Origin: Antechinus flavipes
Taxonomy: Eukaryota
NCBI RefSeq assembly: GCF_016432865.1
Contig: NC_067401.1
Span: 30,628,001 to 30,692,000, forward strand
DNA: 64,000 nucleotides
Direction of reading: 5' to 3'
In this document: piece after piece, positions 47,234 to 58,442 of the stretch
Numbering within the stretch: position 1 is the first letter of the stretch
Layout of the letters: every line of letters begins with the position of its first letter
Translations under genes and position numbers: made by a program
Notes under the pieces: model-generated
What the model saw: the letters and a program-made list of their open reading frames with translations, nothing else
The model's database searches: none
Told to the model about the DNA's origin: nothing

Positions 47234-50014
47234 TCAGTCCCGATGGGTGGACTGGTGGCCGAGCTGCCGGTCATCGTAGGTGCTGTAGCGTTTGACGTGG
47301 ATGCGGCGGACTCGGTCCCGTAGTTCAAAGGCTTCCTCATCCTCACCAGGGCAGGCTTGGCTGCGGCTGCGGCTGGTGGCCTCCAGTAAAGAGTTGTCGG
47401 GGACTCGGGGGGTCTCATAGAGCAGGACATTGAGTGTCTCCTCATAGATGCGGGCCTCTGGGAACTCCACCTGGGGTCCAGACAAAGCAAGAGGGATTGC
47501 AGAGAGGATCCGAGGCTGCTGGGCCGAGCCCCATGACATCACCGGCCCCCGTGGACTTGCCCAAACACCAAAGCCTCATTTTGAGCTGGACTAAAAACCC
47601 CTCTTAATGTAGGCCTCAGTTTTTCTCATCTAAAAAATGGGAAGAAGTACTCCCCCGTGTTTTCCGAAATCTCAGGCTTTCTTGTGAGAAGATAGTCTAT
47701 CTATGATAGGTTATCAGGATATGTGGGAGGGGGAGAGGCTGGCTGACCTTGCCTTCCAGTGTGGTGGGAAAGTTTGATTTTTGGATATCCAGAGACCTCA
47801 GGTTTTCTCTGGGCTGAGTCTGAGAAAAGTGTTTTCCTTTCCCAAGCCTCTATCAAAGGAGGGTGGCAGACAAAGTGATTTCCAAGATCTTTTGTAGCTT
47901 TAGTCTACAGAAATTAGCTGACCTCTTAATTTCCTAACTGGCTAAATGGGGTGGACCTCTCTCACCCACTGATGGGTTTTTGTGAAGATAAATTGAAATT
48001 ATGTTTGGCAAAGTGCCTGCCTGAGAATGGTCAAGGTCCCATAGCAGCTGAATTAGCCCATCAGAGACCAATACCCATGCCCTGGGCTGTCCTGGCACCA
48101 CGCCCTGACCTCTTGGGCTCCCTCTTTAGGGAGACCCGGGCTCTTTTTGAAAACAAGCTCTCATCCCTCTTCTTTTCCTGGACATGACCCCGGTACAGCT
48201 GCCATGGCAACTTCTGCAAACTCCTCCCCATATCTACAGTGTGCCCGCTGTGCCCTCTGCATGCAAGCTTCCCTGACCGTATTTCTCACGTCTCCCCAAC
48301 ACGCTGATCACGAGCTGTGACATCGCTGCCTTGAGACCCACGCCCGCTGAGATTGGGGAAGCGCCCCCAGGTACCTTCGTCTGCTTCTTCTCGGTGGCGT
48401 AGACGATCGAGGTGCAGCACACTTCTGCCAACTTTCGGCCTTGGCCGTAGAAGGACCAGCAGCAGATTTCGTCTCCGATGACGTCCTTGATAAAAAGCAC
48501 TCGGCCGTTGAAGCTCAGGGAGAGTTTGTCGAACAGCTCAATGTTCTTAAGCAGGTGGTCGTCAGAGTTGCTACAGAAGGAGACATCGGACGGTGGGCCC
48601 CGAGCTGCCGGGATGCCCTCCCTCACGCTCGCCCGGTCGGGCCGAGGGAACCACGCGCCAGCACCTACCTGGTGTAGGAGTACTTGTTGTTGCTTCGATT
48701 ATAGAGTAACTTTACCACAGGCTGCAAGGGGAGGGCAAAGAAGAGTGATGTGGGGGGCTGCTCTTGGGCTGCCCCTGGCCCCCTGCCGCCCTCCAGAGGC
48801 TGGTGTTACCTTAGTGGAGGCTTCGATGAGCCGCTCCTCCTCCTTTGGGGACGTGATGATGGGGATGTTGCACACGGGCTGATAGGATTCCTTTTTATCC
48901 TAGATGTTGGAGGGAGAGAGAAGGGGGCTGACTTCTGGGACCGAGGCTGGCTGCCCTCTGGGTACCTGGGCCCTGGGCGGCTCTTACGGGGGTGGGCAGG
49001 CAGGACAGAGCCCAGCCCCCTACTTTACAGAGGATGAAAAAGGGGTCCCGAGGAGAAACACTAGTCTTTTAGGCCTTTAAGTCTTAGGTCTTTTACAAAG
49101 ATCTCATTTTGTCTCTACTCTGGGATGGAGCTGCCCATTTTACAGATGAGGAGATGGAGGCAGGTGGCAGCTAAGTGACTTGTCCGGGTGGCCCAGCTCG
49201 TCAGCCCCGACGGCCGGATTTGTGGCTCCAGGCCCAGCACTTTATCCGCTATGAAACCTGCCTGGTGACTTGATGAGGGGCAAGGCAAAGCCTAGAACCC
49301 AGGTGTCCCGCCTCCCCACCAGGGCTCATGCTACCGCCCCAGCCGGGGCTGAGTGGTCACCCCCTCCTGCCCAAGCCAAGCTGACCGACAGCCTCGTGGC
49401 CGCACGAGGGGAAAGGGGGGAGGACACCGCCGGGGTCCTGGTGCCCATCCTGCCCACCTGCAGTGCCGCCTGACACATGTCCACCAGACCCTGGATGAGG
49501 TAATATTTGGCTTCTGCCATCAGCTCCTTGACCTCTTGCCGGTTCTGGGGGAGGGTGATGGTGTCATCTCGGAGGTAATTCAAAATGGTGCCAAAGTGCT
49601 TTCCACACCGGTCTATGAGGATCCAGCCTGGGAATTCAGAATCCGGGGGATTACTTGGGTTTCTGCTGCTCCTGGGCACTGGCTGGGAGTGGGAGGTCAC
49701 TCCCTCTGGCCCTCACCGACTGACCCTCCTCGGACCAGTCTACACAAGGGGAGATCCCCCCCCTCTGCAAGGTTTGCCCAGGGCCGCCCCGGGTCCTTAC
49801 CCTCCTTGTCGGTCAGCACCTCCATGCGCCCGCTGAACATGGCCTTGAGCATGGTGTCGTGCCGGGTGAGCACCCGCACCGTGGTGTAGTACAGGGAGCC
49901 GCCCACGTTGAGCTGGATGTATTTGTTGCCCATCCCCCCGCCCTTGAAGCCCCCTGGCTTGGGCTTGGAGCCCGAGGCCGGGCACAGGCCAGCCAGGCAG
50001 GTGTCTCCGGACAT
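47234..50014 (-). CDS. TNFAIP1: TNFAIP1 / BACURD2 (KCTD-family BTB adaptor for CUL3), 6 coding exons, 319 aa
   Basis: Exons 50014-49801, 49627-49458, 48899-48810, 48721-48669, 48570-48375, 47470-47234; total 960 nt. BTB domain ([15 protein letters not shown]...[18 protein letters not shown]), the PCNA-binding QTKVEFP motif across the last junction, C-terminal [23 protein letters not shown]. Likely exon-2 acceptor at 50128 and non-coding exon-1 donor at 54372|GTAAGA. Confidence 0.97.
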
Positions 50015-53000
50015 CTCCCGCTGCAGGTAGATGACCACACGGCAGGAGGTGGGCCTGGGGCGTTCCACTGTGGTGGAGGAAGTCACGGGTAAGCAGTTGG
50101 TGGAGGCCAGAGCCTCATAATCTCAGGACTGGAGGCAGAAGGAAGAGAAACCCCAGGAGTCAGAGCGGGGCCAGAAGGACTCCGATAAACCAGTCAGGCC
50201 TTAGCCAACCAAAGTCTCGGGGAGATGAGAACTTAGCCAGTCTCAGACGCCCGGGCAGCCAAAGTCCCAGCTGCCTTGTTTCCTAATGGAAGGGGGCTTG
50301 GGACAGAGCTGTGGAGAAGGCTCAAGACTGACCTGGAGAGACTGAGAAGCGGGAAAACCAGGCAGACCCGGAGAGAGGCCCCCCCATCTGCAGCACCCGT
50401 TTCTCTTGTCTCTCCAGGCCCCATGAAAGCAGTTTAGCGGCCCTCAGAGATCCAGGGCAGGGACCAACCAGAGATGGGAGCAAACTGAAGGTCACAGGGA
50501 CAACAACAAATCTACAGAATGAGATGTAAGACTTTCTAAATGACCAACAGGACTTCTTTCAATCTTAGATGTGGATTCTGTGCCGGAAGGCTCAACAAAA
50601 TCCCCACACTTCAGCCAGCTGGGAAAGTTCCCAGAATTCAGATGAATGGCACTTAGACCGTCCGCTTAAACAGAAAAGAAGTTGGCTCCCTTTCCCTCCT
50701 TGTGCTTTCTTTTTTAAAAGTTCATTTGATTTTCTAGTCTGTCCTGTCTCCTTTCCTTCCCTTCCATCCTGAGAAAGCAAGAAAAGCCGAGCCTCTGATA
50801 CAAGCACGGGAAGGAATTGAGAGCCACCACTTGGGGCACCAGGGAGGAAGGAAAAGCAAGGTGACTTGAGAGAAAAGATCGGAACAAGCTCCGGTGATGC
50901 CGGCAGCATCTTAACTGTCAACAAGTTCAACAGAAAGGCTTGGGTTGGATGTGAGAAACATCATATAATAATGTAGAAACAAATTCACGAGAGCCGATAA
51001 GAACCAAATGAAATTGTATAATGGGAGAAGCGGGCCTGGGACAGAGCTGTGGAGAAGGGTCAAGACTGACCTGGGGAGACTGAGGAGAAGCAGTCAGAGA
51101 TGGGAGAGGAACCAGGAGAGAGAAGGGTGTCCGCAAAACCTAGAGAATTCGAGGGGACTGCTCCCCCCGCCCCCGGTCAGTGTGCCTCGATTCTTTACTT
51201 GGTACAAAATTCATGCCAATCCTTGATATCATCAATGTCCTGTGTCTAGAGAAGTGATCAGAAGGCTCCTTGCTTGTCTTCCTGAGAGACGGGCCAGGGC
51301 TTCGCAGCCCTTTCCCATTTCCTGGAAATGCTTCACCTTCCATCCCATAGCCGGCCCCCTCCCCCCGGCCCCCCCCCAATACACACACACGCACAGGGGA
51401 TTCACTGTGACATGGAACTCTGTGGGCCAGGAATGGCGGAGGAGGGACAGAGACTAAACCTTCCACATCAGAGACTGACTGGTTTCTTCCCACCTTTTAA
51501 GGGCAGCAGAGCTATGACTAGGGGGCTGTCCCGAGTTCAGTTCTAAAAGACTCCAACCACTCCCTTCACTTCTTAAAGACCAAAGGCAACTTTTCCATAT
51601 AATACATTTCACTGACCTGCTTTTATAGAGCCAACTTTCCTTGCTGGGAATTCCCTACATCTATGAAATCACAAATTCCATCCAAAAAAACAATTAGCAA
51701 CGTATACCCTGCCTGTTCACCTACCCTTGGGACAGAACAAACATACCAGGCTTGTCTCCCCAACTAGACTGTAAATTCTCTTAGGGTAAAAATAATGCTC
51801 TATTTTTGGACTGCATGTCTGCACACGGTAGGTGTAGATACTGACTTTGAAACAGAAACTGCAGCTAAAAGGATTTTAGGCTGAATAGCAGGAAGACATT
51901 CCAGACTTCAAGGAAAACAACCCAGAAATAGATAAGTGAGTGCTGTAATGGACAAGCTCCTGGAAAACCTAGATTTTAGCAAACATTCGATAACATCTTC
52001 AGCTGCACTTATGCCCAGGAAAGAGGAATGTGGCTGGGACACTCAATGACCCAAGTTCTACAGAAGAAGCCCTTTAGTGAAGTGCTCCAGGGTGTGCCCG
52101 GCTCTATTTTGGTACCCATTTCATGGGTGATTAGGATATAGGGACTGTCCAAATTTCTAGATGGTGACAGACCCTAAAAAGATTTCTGTGGCATAGAATG
52201 TCGGACCTTATTTAATTCAAGAAGCTTAACAGTGATAAAAGTAAAGGGTTCAGTTGGATCCAAATAGATGAACTTCACAAGCTTACGGATAAAGCATTAT
52301 GGTGTCAGAGGGACAGAGCTCTGAGGAACTATATACAGCCACCCAGGCCAGCTCCTCACTGTGCAGATGAAGAAGCAGAGGACAAGACTAAGGAAGGAAT
52401 GACCAGCAGCACCTAAGCAGATGGGACTCGAGAGTAGTGTGGTGGGTAAAGACCTTGCAGGTTTAATGTTCTGCCATCAACAGTATGCTATATATAGTGC
52501 TGGCAGAATATTAGGGGAAAAAAAAAGGAATATGGTCTTTGCAGGAGATGACTCTTCCAGTCAGACCATTTCTGAAATGCTGTTGTTCAATTTCAGTAAT
52601 TTAGGGAAAAAAGCCCTAGGGGAAACTGTAAGACCCGAGGGTGAAGGAACTGGTTATTTCGCCCGGATAAAAGTGGGGGAGAGGGAGGGGGAAGAAATGA
52701 TAAACTATCTACAACTACCGAAAGGGCTGTCGTATAGGAAAGGGATCAGGTTTGTTCTTTGGGACTCCAGAGGACAGAAGCTGACACAGTAGGTAGAAAT
52801 TCTAGAGAAACAGGTTTCCCATCCATGTGGACAAAAAGTTCTCAGCAAGGAAAATGAATCAAAAGTAGAATGGCCCGGCTGAGGAAGTAGGGGACTCTGC
52901 CTTAAGCAGAACTCTTCAAGAAAGAGAAGGAGGCTTATTCTTTGGGTATGTTGGGAGGGGATTATTGAAGTACAGGTTGGGCTAGACGTGGCCTCTGAGG

Positions 53001-53869
53001 CCCCTGTGGATTGGGATTCTGAGAAGGCACCCCCTGGACTGAGAGGAGACTGAGAGGAGCAATTGTCCTAGAATAGGAAGGAAAGGGATGAATTGGGGTC
53101 TCCGCCTTCTGAATTTTGTGACATTTAACCGAGTATTTCCCTTCCTGGATTTTCCACCAGTTAAGACTTTCAAGAGCTTTTGGAAACGTCTCCTTTTTCC
53201 TCTCCAAGGAAGCTGAGAAAACACACACTCATCCGACAAAGTTAAGGAATTTTCCAACTCTGACAGCCATCAGGCCATCAGCAGCCGTGTGTGGCCCCCT
53301 GTAACAAAGCACTAGCTGAGGGGCCCCTGAACTCTTCCAGGACTAAGTGAGGTCGGATTCCACTTTACTCTGAGCCAATGGGCTCTGGAATTCCAGCCAA
53401 AGTAACGCCCCGAAATTGGCTCCGGGAAAATGAAGTTTCCATTGACACCGTGAGTGTACTTCCTTCCTGACTTTGTCGGGCCAGTTCTTTGGGAGATTAA
53501 TGTGGCTTGGTTGTATGTCTGGCCTCAACCAATTAGGTGAAAAGACATCCTGGTGAATAGGGAACCAACAGAGCGGGCGGAAACAGATGAGACCTGGGAA
53601 GAGGTGCCGACAGAGGCCCCAGGAAGAAAGGGTCGCCATTAACCCGGAGCTGTTACTGCTCTGGACCCCCGCCCTCCCCACAGCTCCTGCTTGGATGCAG
53701 GGAGGAGAAAGAAACCAGCGACAGCCAGGCAGGGGCAGCCTCGGCCAGGAGGCTCCCTCCTCCCCAAGTCCACAGAGCCTCCCTGAGGCCCAGAAGGGAG
53801 GCTGACCCCGTTCCCTGCAGGCCCTGGGGGTGCACCATCAGAAAGAAAACTTCCTGCCCTCAAAGAATT

Positions 53870-54235
53870 TCTACTTTACCTCCTTTTCATTTCTTCTCCA
53901 CTTTCTTTTTCCTTTTCTAACTAGCTCTGTCCTTTCTCCCTTCCTCCTTATTCTTCACTTTCTTCTCTTTTGCTTTTCCCTTTTTTTCTGTCTCCCACCC
54001 CCTCTTCCTTTTTACTCTTCCTCCCCCTTTTCTTTCCACTTACCTTTCTTCCTCCTCCCATCTCTCCTCCCCTTTCCATCCTTTTTCTATCTTCCTTCTC
54101 TCTACTTCTTCCTTCGGCGCTCATCCTTCCTTTTACTCCTGCCATCCCTTCTTCTCTCACCTTTCCTCCCATCCATCCCTCCTCTTATCCCTCCTCCTCA
54201 TTTTTCTCCTCCTCCTCCCACCTCTCCACCTCCGG
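53870..54235. repeat. Long C/T-rich low-complexity tract in TNFAIP1 intron 1
   Basis: About 365 nt almost entirely C and T on the + strand. Confidence 0.9.
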
Positions 54236-55600
54236 GCAGGGGTCGGAGCCAGGGACTGGGCACTTTCACGGCCCCGGGCCGGGGCGCTCCGGCCGGCCCA
54301 GCCTCTCTGCCTCGTCCCCACCTCGAGCCGGAGCCTCCCGCCCGCCAAGGCAGACGCAACCCTTTTCTTACCTTCCTCCCGGGAGCGTCTCCCCAGGGCT
54401 CTCTCCGGCCCTGACCCCAGTTCTAGCCCCCACAGCCCCAGACAAGTAGAGCAGCCTCGACCCTGACCCCGACCCCCGCCCGCCCCAGGATCGGATCGTG
54501 AGCTCATATCCTCCAGTGGCTCCACCCCGATCCACTCCCTCTCGGCCCGGTTCCCACGCCTGCTGGGGAGGGCCCACGACTACAATCCCCAACATGCAAA
54601 GCGAACAAAGGTACGTATGTGTGGGCGTTTTCTTCTGCCCAGCCCTCCTCCACAGCCGTCGTATCCCTAAGGAAGAAGGAAAGCTACTTCTGGCCCCTCC
54701 CTCGGCGCAAAGGTCTAGAGGAGGCGTGGGCTGGGCCTGCAGTCTAGCATCGCGCTTCAGACTCGGCTTCCCAGCAGGCATTTCAAAAAGGGAAGTCAAG
54801 TCGTTTCCGGCGTCGAGTTCTTGGCGCGGGAAGTGACGTATACGGTAAACAGGAGCTGTAGCCGTGGCAGCGGCGGGAGCGGGAGCCTTCAGGCGGCGGA
54901 GTCAGCTATCGACCGGATAGCGAAGCCGCCGTCTCCCGCGCCCGCCTTGCATCGCGGCGGGCCCCGGCGTCAGGTAGGTGGCGGCACGATTCGGGCCACA
55001 ATTGGGCTCGCTGCGATCTGTATGCTAACGTTTCTCGGAGACCCCCGACGGGAGGGACGTTGGCTCTGCCTTCGGGGAGCTTCTCTTGTGGGGGCGGAGA
55101 TGCGTGTGCGCTTTGGTACAGGCGGGGCGCTGAGAGCGCCGGGCGGGCACGGGAGGGGGAGGGGCGTGAGCCGCGCCCTCACACCTAGAGGACGCCCCTT
55201 CCCCAATTTGTGCTCCCGGGCGGGGCTCCTGGGGCGCGGCCTCCCTGGCCTCCTCTCTGCTCCTCCTCAGGGTCCTGCCCTCTGCAAACTTGTGTGTGTT
55301 GCTTCTGGAAGGGCTGTCCCGGTCCCTCGCCGTTTACTGGGCACCTCTTCCGAGCTTCATCCTCTAGCTCAGGCGTGGACACCTCGGTAGCGGTTCGTCG
55401 TTATTGCCCTGTGTTCGACCAGGACGCGGTCGGAGGAGGAGGCGGGTGGGGATCCCTTCCTTGTGGGATGGGACCGTTCCCGAGAGAAGTGGGCCTTCAG
55501 CCCCGACTTGCGCCTCCTGCGGGAAGCTGTCTTCCTTCCCTTTATCCAGAAACTGCCGGGCGCCCGCTTGCTTGTGTTGGCACCTGGTGGCTTCTGGAGG
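54230..55600. promoter_or_regulatory. CpG island / bidirectional promoter of TNFAIP1 and IFT20
   Basis: CpG-rich; flanked by divergent first-exon donors (54372 on minus, 54973 on plus); GGAAGTGACGTA ETS/CRE composite at 54829-54840. Confidence 0.8.
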
Positions 55601-56783
55601 TGAGGACGGGCCAGCAAGGGCCGGATTTAGTGAAAGCTGGGAGTGGGCCAGGCGTGTTGGAAGTGCAGGGACAGCACAGAGCCCCTGCCCACACTGCGGG
55701 GAGGCCCTTAGAATTCCCTGTCACAAGTCGCTTAAAGGATGCAAAGCCCCCCAAAAAGCTCAGGAAGGAGACCTTGTAATCTCGAAGTTTGCAGTGTAAG
55801 CAGCGTGGTGCTTCAGGTTTGTATTACTTCTGGCGGGGTAAGTGCTTGAACTCCCGAATACTGAGCTGCTGCGAACCTGCATCTGATTGCACGCCCCCAC
55901 TCTCCTCCCCGATATGTGGAATGCATGGACCCCCTGGGAAGGGGAGTGGGGCCGGGGTAAGGAGGGGACCTAGAGGAACAGAACGCCGGCGTTGATCTGC
56001 ACTGAGGTTAGACCCATGAATGGCTAGCCAGCCTGAGGAAGGCAGAGAGACCCTGCTTTTAAAAAGTACATTTTACTTGAGAGAAACGACATACCTACTA
56101 AGGTAGTAAGGAATATTGACCCTTGGGGGTGAGGATGAAAGATCTGGAGGAGATCATTAAAGGGCAAGCGACATCTGGAAGGAAGCACAAATGCTGAGAA
56201 GGTTCAGCCAGGCTGGGGAATGGCTTCTGTAAGGAAGCTGCTGGACTGAGAATAGAAGATGGAGGATTGACTTGGAGGACCCCAGTGCTGAGTGCGGGGA
56301 TATTAAGGTATGAGGGAAAGCTGAGCAGAGGTTCCTTCAGTGCTTGGAACTGCCAGAATGGCCAGAATACCAATCCTGAAGTAGTGAGGACCTGAGTTCA
56401 AATGTGGCTTCAGACACATAATAGCTTTGTGACCCTAAACAAATCACTTAACTTCTATTACTTCCTCTTTCCCCTCCCAAAAAAAGTTGTTCTGAGCCCT
56501 TTTCTCTTGAGGGGTTTCCTGTAAAATATTCAGCATCCATACCCTATAAGTTGGTGAGTAAAGGGAGGGACATATACAATTTTTTCCCTTTGTTTTTGTG
56601 CCTTGTGTTGACATTATAGAATTGTTGGGGTTCTGGACATATGGCTACATGGAAAGAGCTGTTTAGGGTGATACAGCTGGAATCATCAAAAGTCCAGAAT
56701 CTGGTCTTCAGCTTTGCAATTTCAGAAATCCATTTTATTCAATAAATAATTGAACATTTATTAAGTTCCTACTGGGTGCCTAA

Positions 56784-57012
56784 GGGCAGCTAAGTGGTAA
56801 AGTGGATAGAATGCTGGACCTGGAGTTAGGAAAATGAATTCAGATCTATTCTCAGTTACTAAATGTAAGTTACTTCACCCTGTTTGCCTCAGTTTCCTCC
56901 TCTGTAAAATGAGCTGGAGAAGGAAATGGCAAACCACTCCAATATCTTTGCCTAGAAAACCTCAAGTGGAGCCACAGAGAAGTGTACAGAAGTGAAAATG
57001 ACTGACCACTAA
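56784..57012 (+). mobile_element. Mar1-type CORE-SINE in IFT20 intron 1
   Basis: GGGCAGCTAAGTGG head, CCTCAGTTTCCTC CORE and GAGAAGGAAATGGCAAACCACTCC tail. Confidence 0.75.
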
Positions 57013-58442
57013 CAATGTGCTGTTTAGGGGCTGTTTAGGGAGCACCAACATCCCTGGTATGAGGGCTTGATAGGCCCTTATCAGGGCTGCTCATCCACCT
57101 TGGGGTTTACCTGGTGTCTGACTCTCACCTGTGGCTCCAAGGTACTGAATCATGTGCAGTGGCTGGACCCTAGTAGAACATTTTAGCTGAGGGCCCAGGA
57201 TGATGGGCACCCCAGCTATGGGAAGATGTTCCTCTGGCCACAAAGGCAATTGAAGCAGGCGCTGTGAGGGCATAGAGCTTGGTCTGAGATTGAGAGGGCC
57301 GAGGTCATTTGAATGGCTCTGGAAGAGTGAGGCTGACCACTTGACTTTACTGAAATCCAGTTCACATGCAAGCTAAGACCTTGCCCCATGTGGTCACTGG
57401 TCTTTAAAAAGGAAGGCCAAACAATGACAGTGTGTCCCTGGCATGGTGCCAAGCTGGGCATCCAGATAAGAAAAAGCCAGCCCTGCAAATGGGGGGAAGA
57501 TGGTACATGAAGGGAGCCCCCTCTTGGATACATGGTATGATGTTTGAGGCTGAAACTACACAAAGCAGCTGATGGTTAAGAAGTTCACTGGCAGAGGCTT
57601 TGGGAAGAACTCATTGCTCTGTCTTCCAGCCTTCCAGTCAGTGTGGCCTCCAGGAGTGCTGAGAGGCTTTACCAAGATGATGAGATTTCAGGGGATGAGC
57701 TTATCTTGGGGGACGCTGGATGTTTCTGGAGCAGAAACCAGGCAGAGCAGTTGATCTCAGAAGATAGCTGGAAAATTCTCCAAGAAATGGCCAGGTCCTG
57801 GGGAAACTCAATTGCAGTAACCCAACTCTTGGGGTTGATTTATAACCCAGAATATCAGTTTATTGATTTGTAATGGGAGGGTCCATACTGCTCATCTGTA
57901 GCTGTGTTCTAGAGACTGAATATCCAAATCTGAACGTGGTTTGTTGAGCCAGCTGGAAGTGGATATTCACCTCAAGCTTGGGTAGTTTGATGTGTGTCCT
58001 AGACATAGCCCTAAAAACTGGGGTCAGTCATCTATCAGAATACTCCCACTTCCGACAGATCCTTCCTCTTTGCTTCCACCTGCTCTAAGATCAGCATTAT
58101 GGGACAGCCAGTTATAACTTGCCTGATTTACATCATATTGATTTTTCTGTAGGGATTCTGAGGTCCCTGGGTGGGCTCTATAAGGCATGTTCACTCGTCA
58201 TCCACCCAGTATGGCAAGTGGACTTTATTCCTCCCTGGAATAAATTCTGCCCTTTGTTCTTCTGGTGGCACCTGCCATTCCTACCAGCTGGCGTCATCCC
58301 TCAGCCTCAAGCATCTTTCCTCTGAGGGAAGGCCGGTGTGGACAGGTGACTTTGGAACACTCGGCATTTTGCCGTTGCGGTGGAGGACCTTCCTCTGGTC
58401 ACTGAAGAGTAGCTGAAGCAAGGAATATTTATATTTGCAGCC

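Noticed and set aside
53830-54449. Phe/Leu/Pro/Ser-rich ORFs (194 and 159 aa) that look like membrane proteins
   Set aside because: Translation of a C/T low-complexity tract.
54821-55799. Several 130-190 aa ORFs in the TNFAIP1/IFT20 island
   Set aside because: Expected in stop-poor GC-rich DNA; no homology recognised, and the true IFT20 start is at 58443.
57643-57873. 76-aa ORF with protein-like composition (ERLYQDDEISGDELILG...) in IFT20 intron 1
   Set aside because: Non-ATG start, no family recognised and no convincing exon structure; a tBLASTn search would be needed to revive it.
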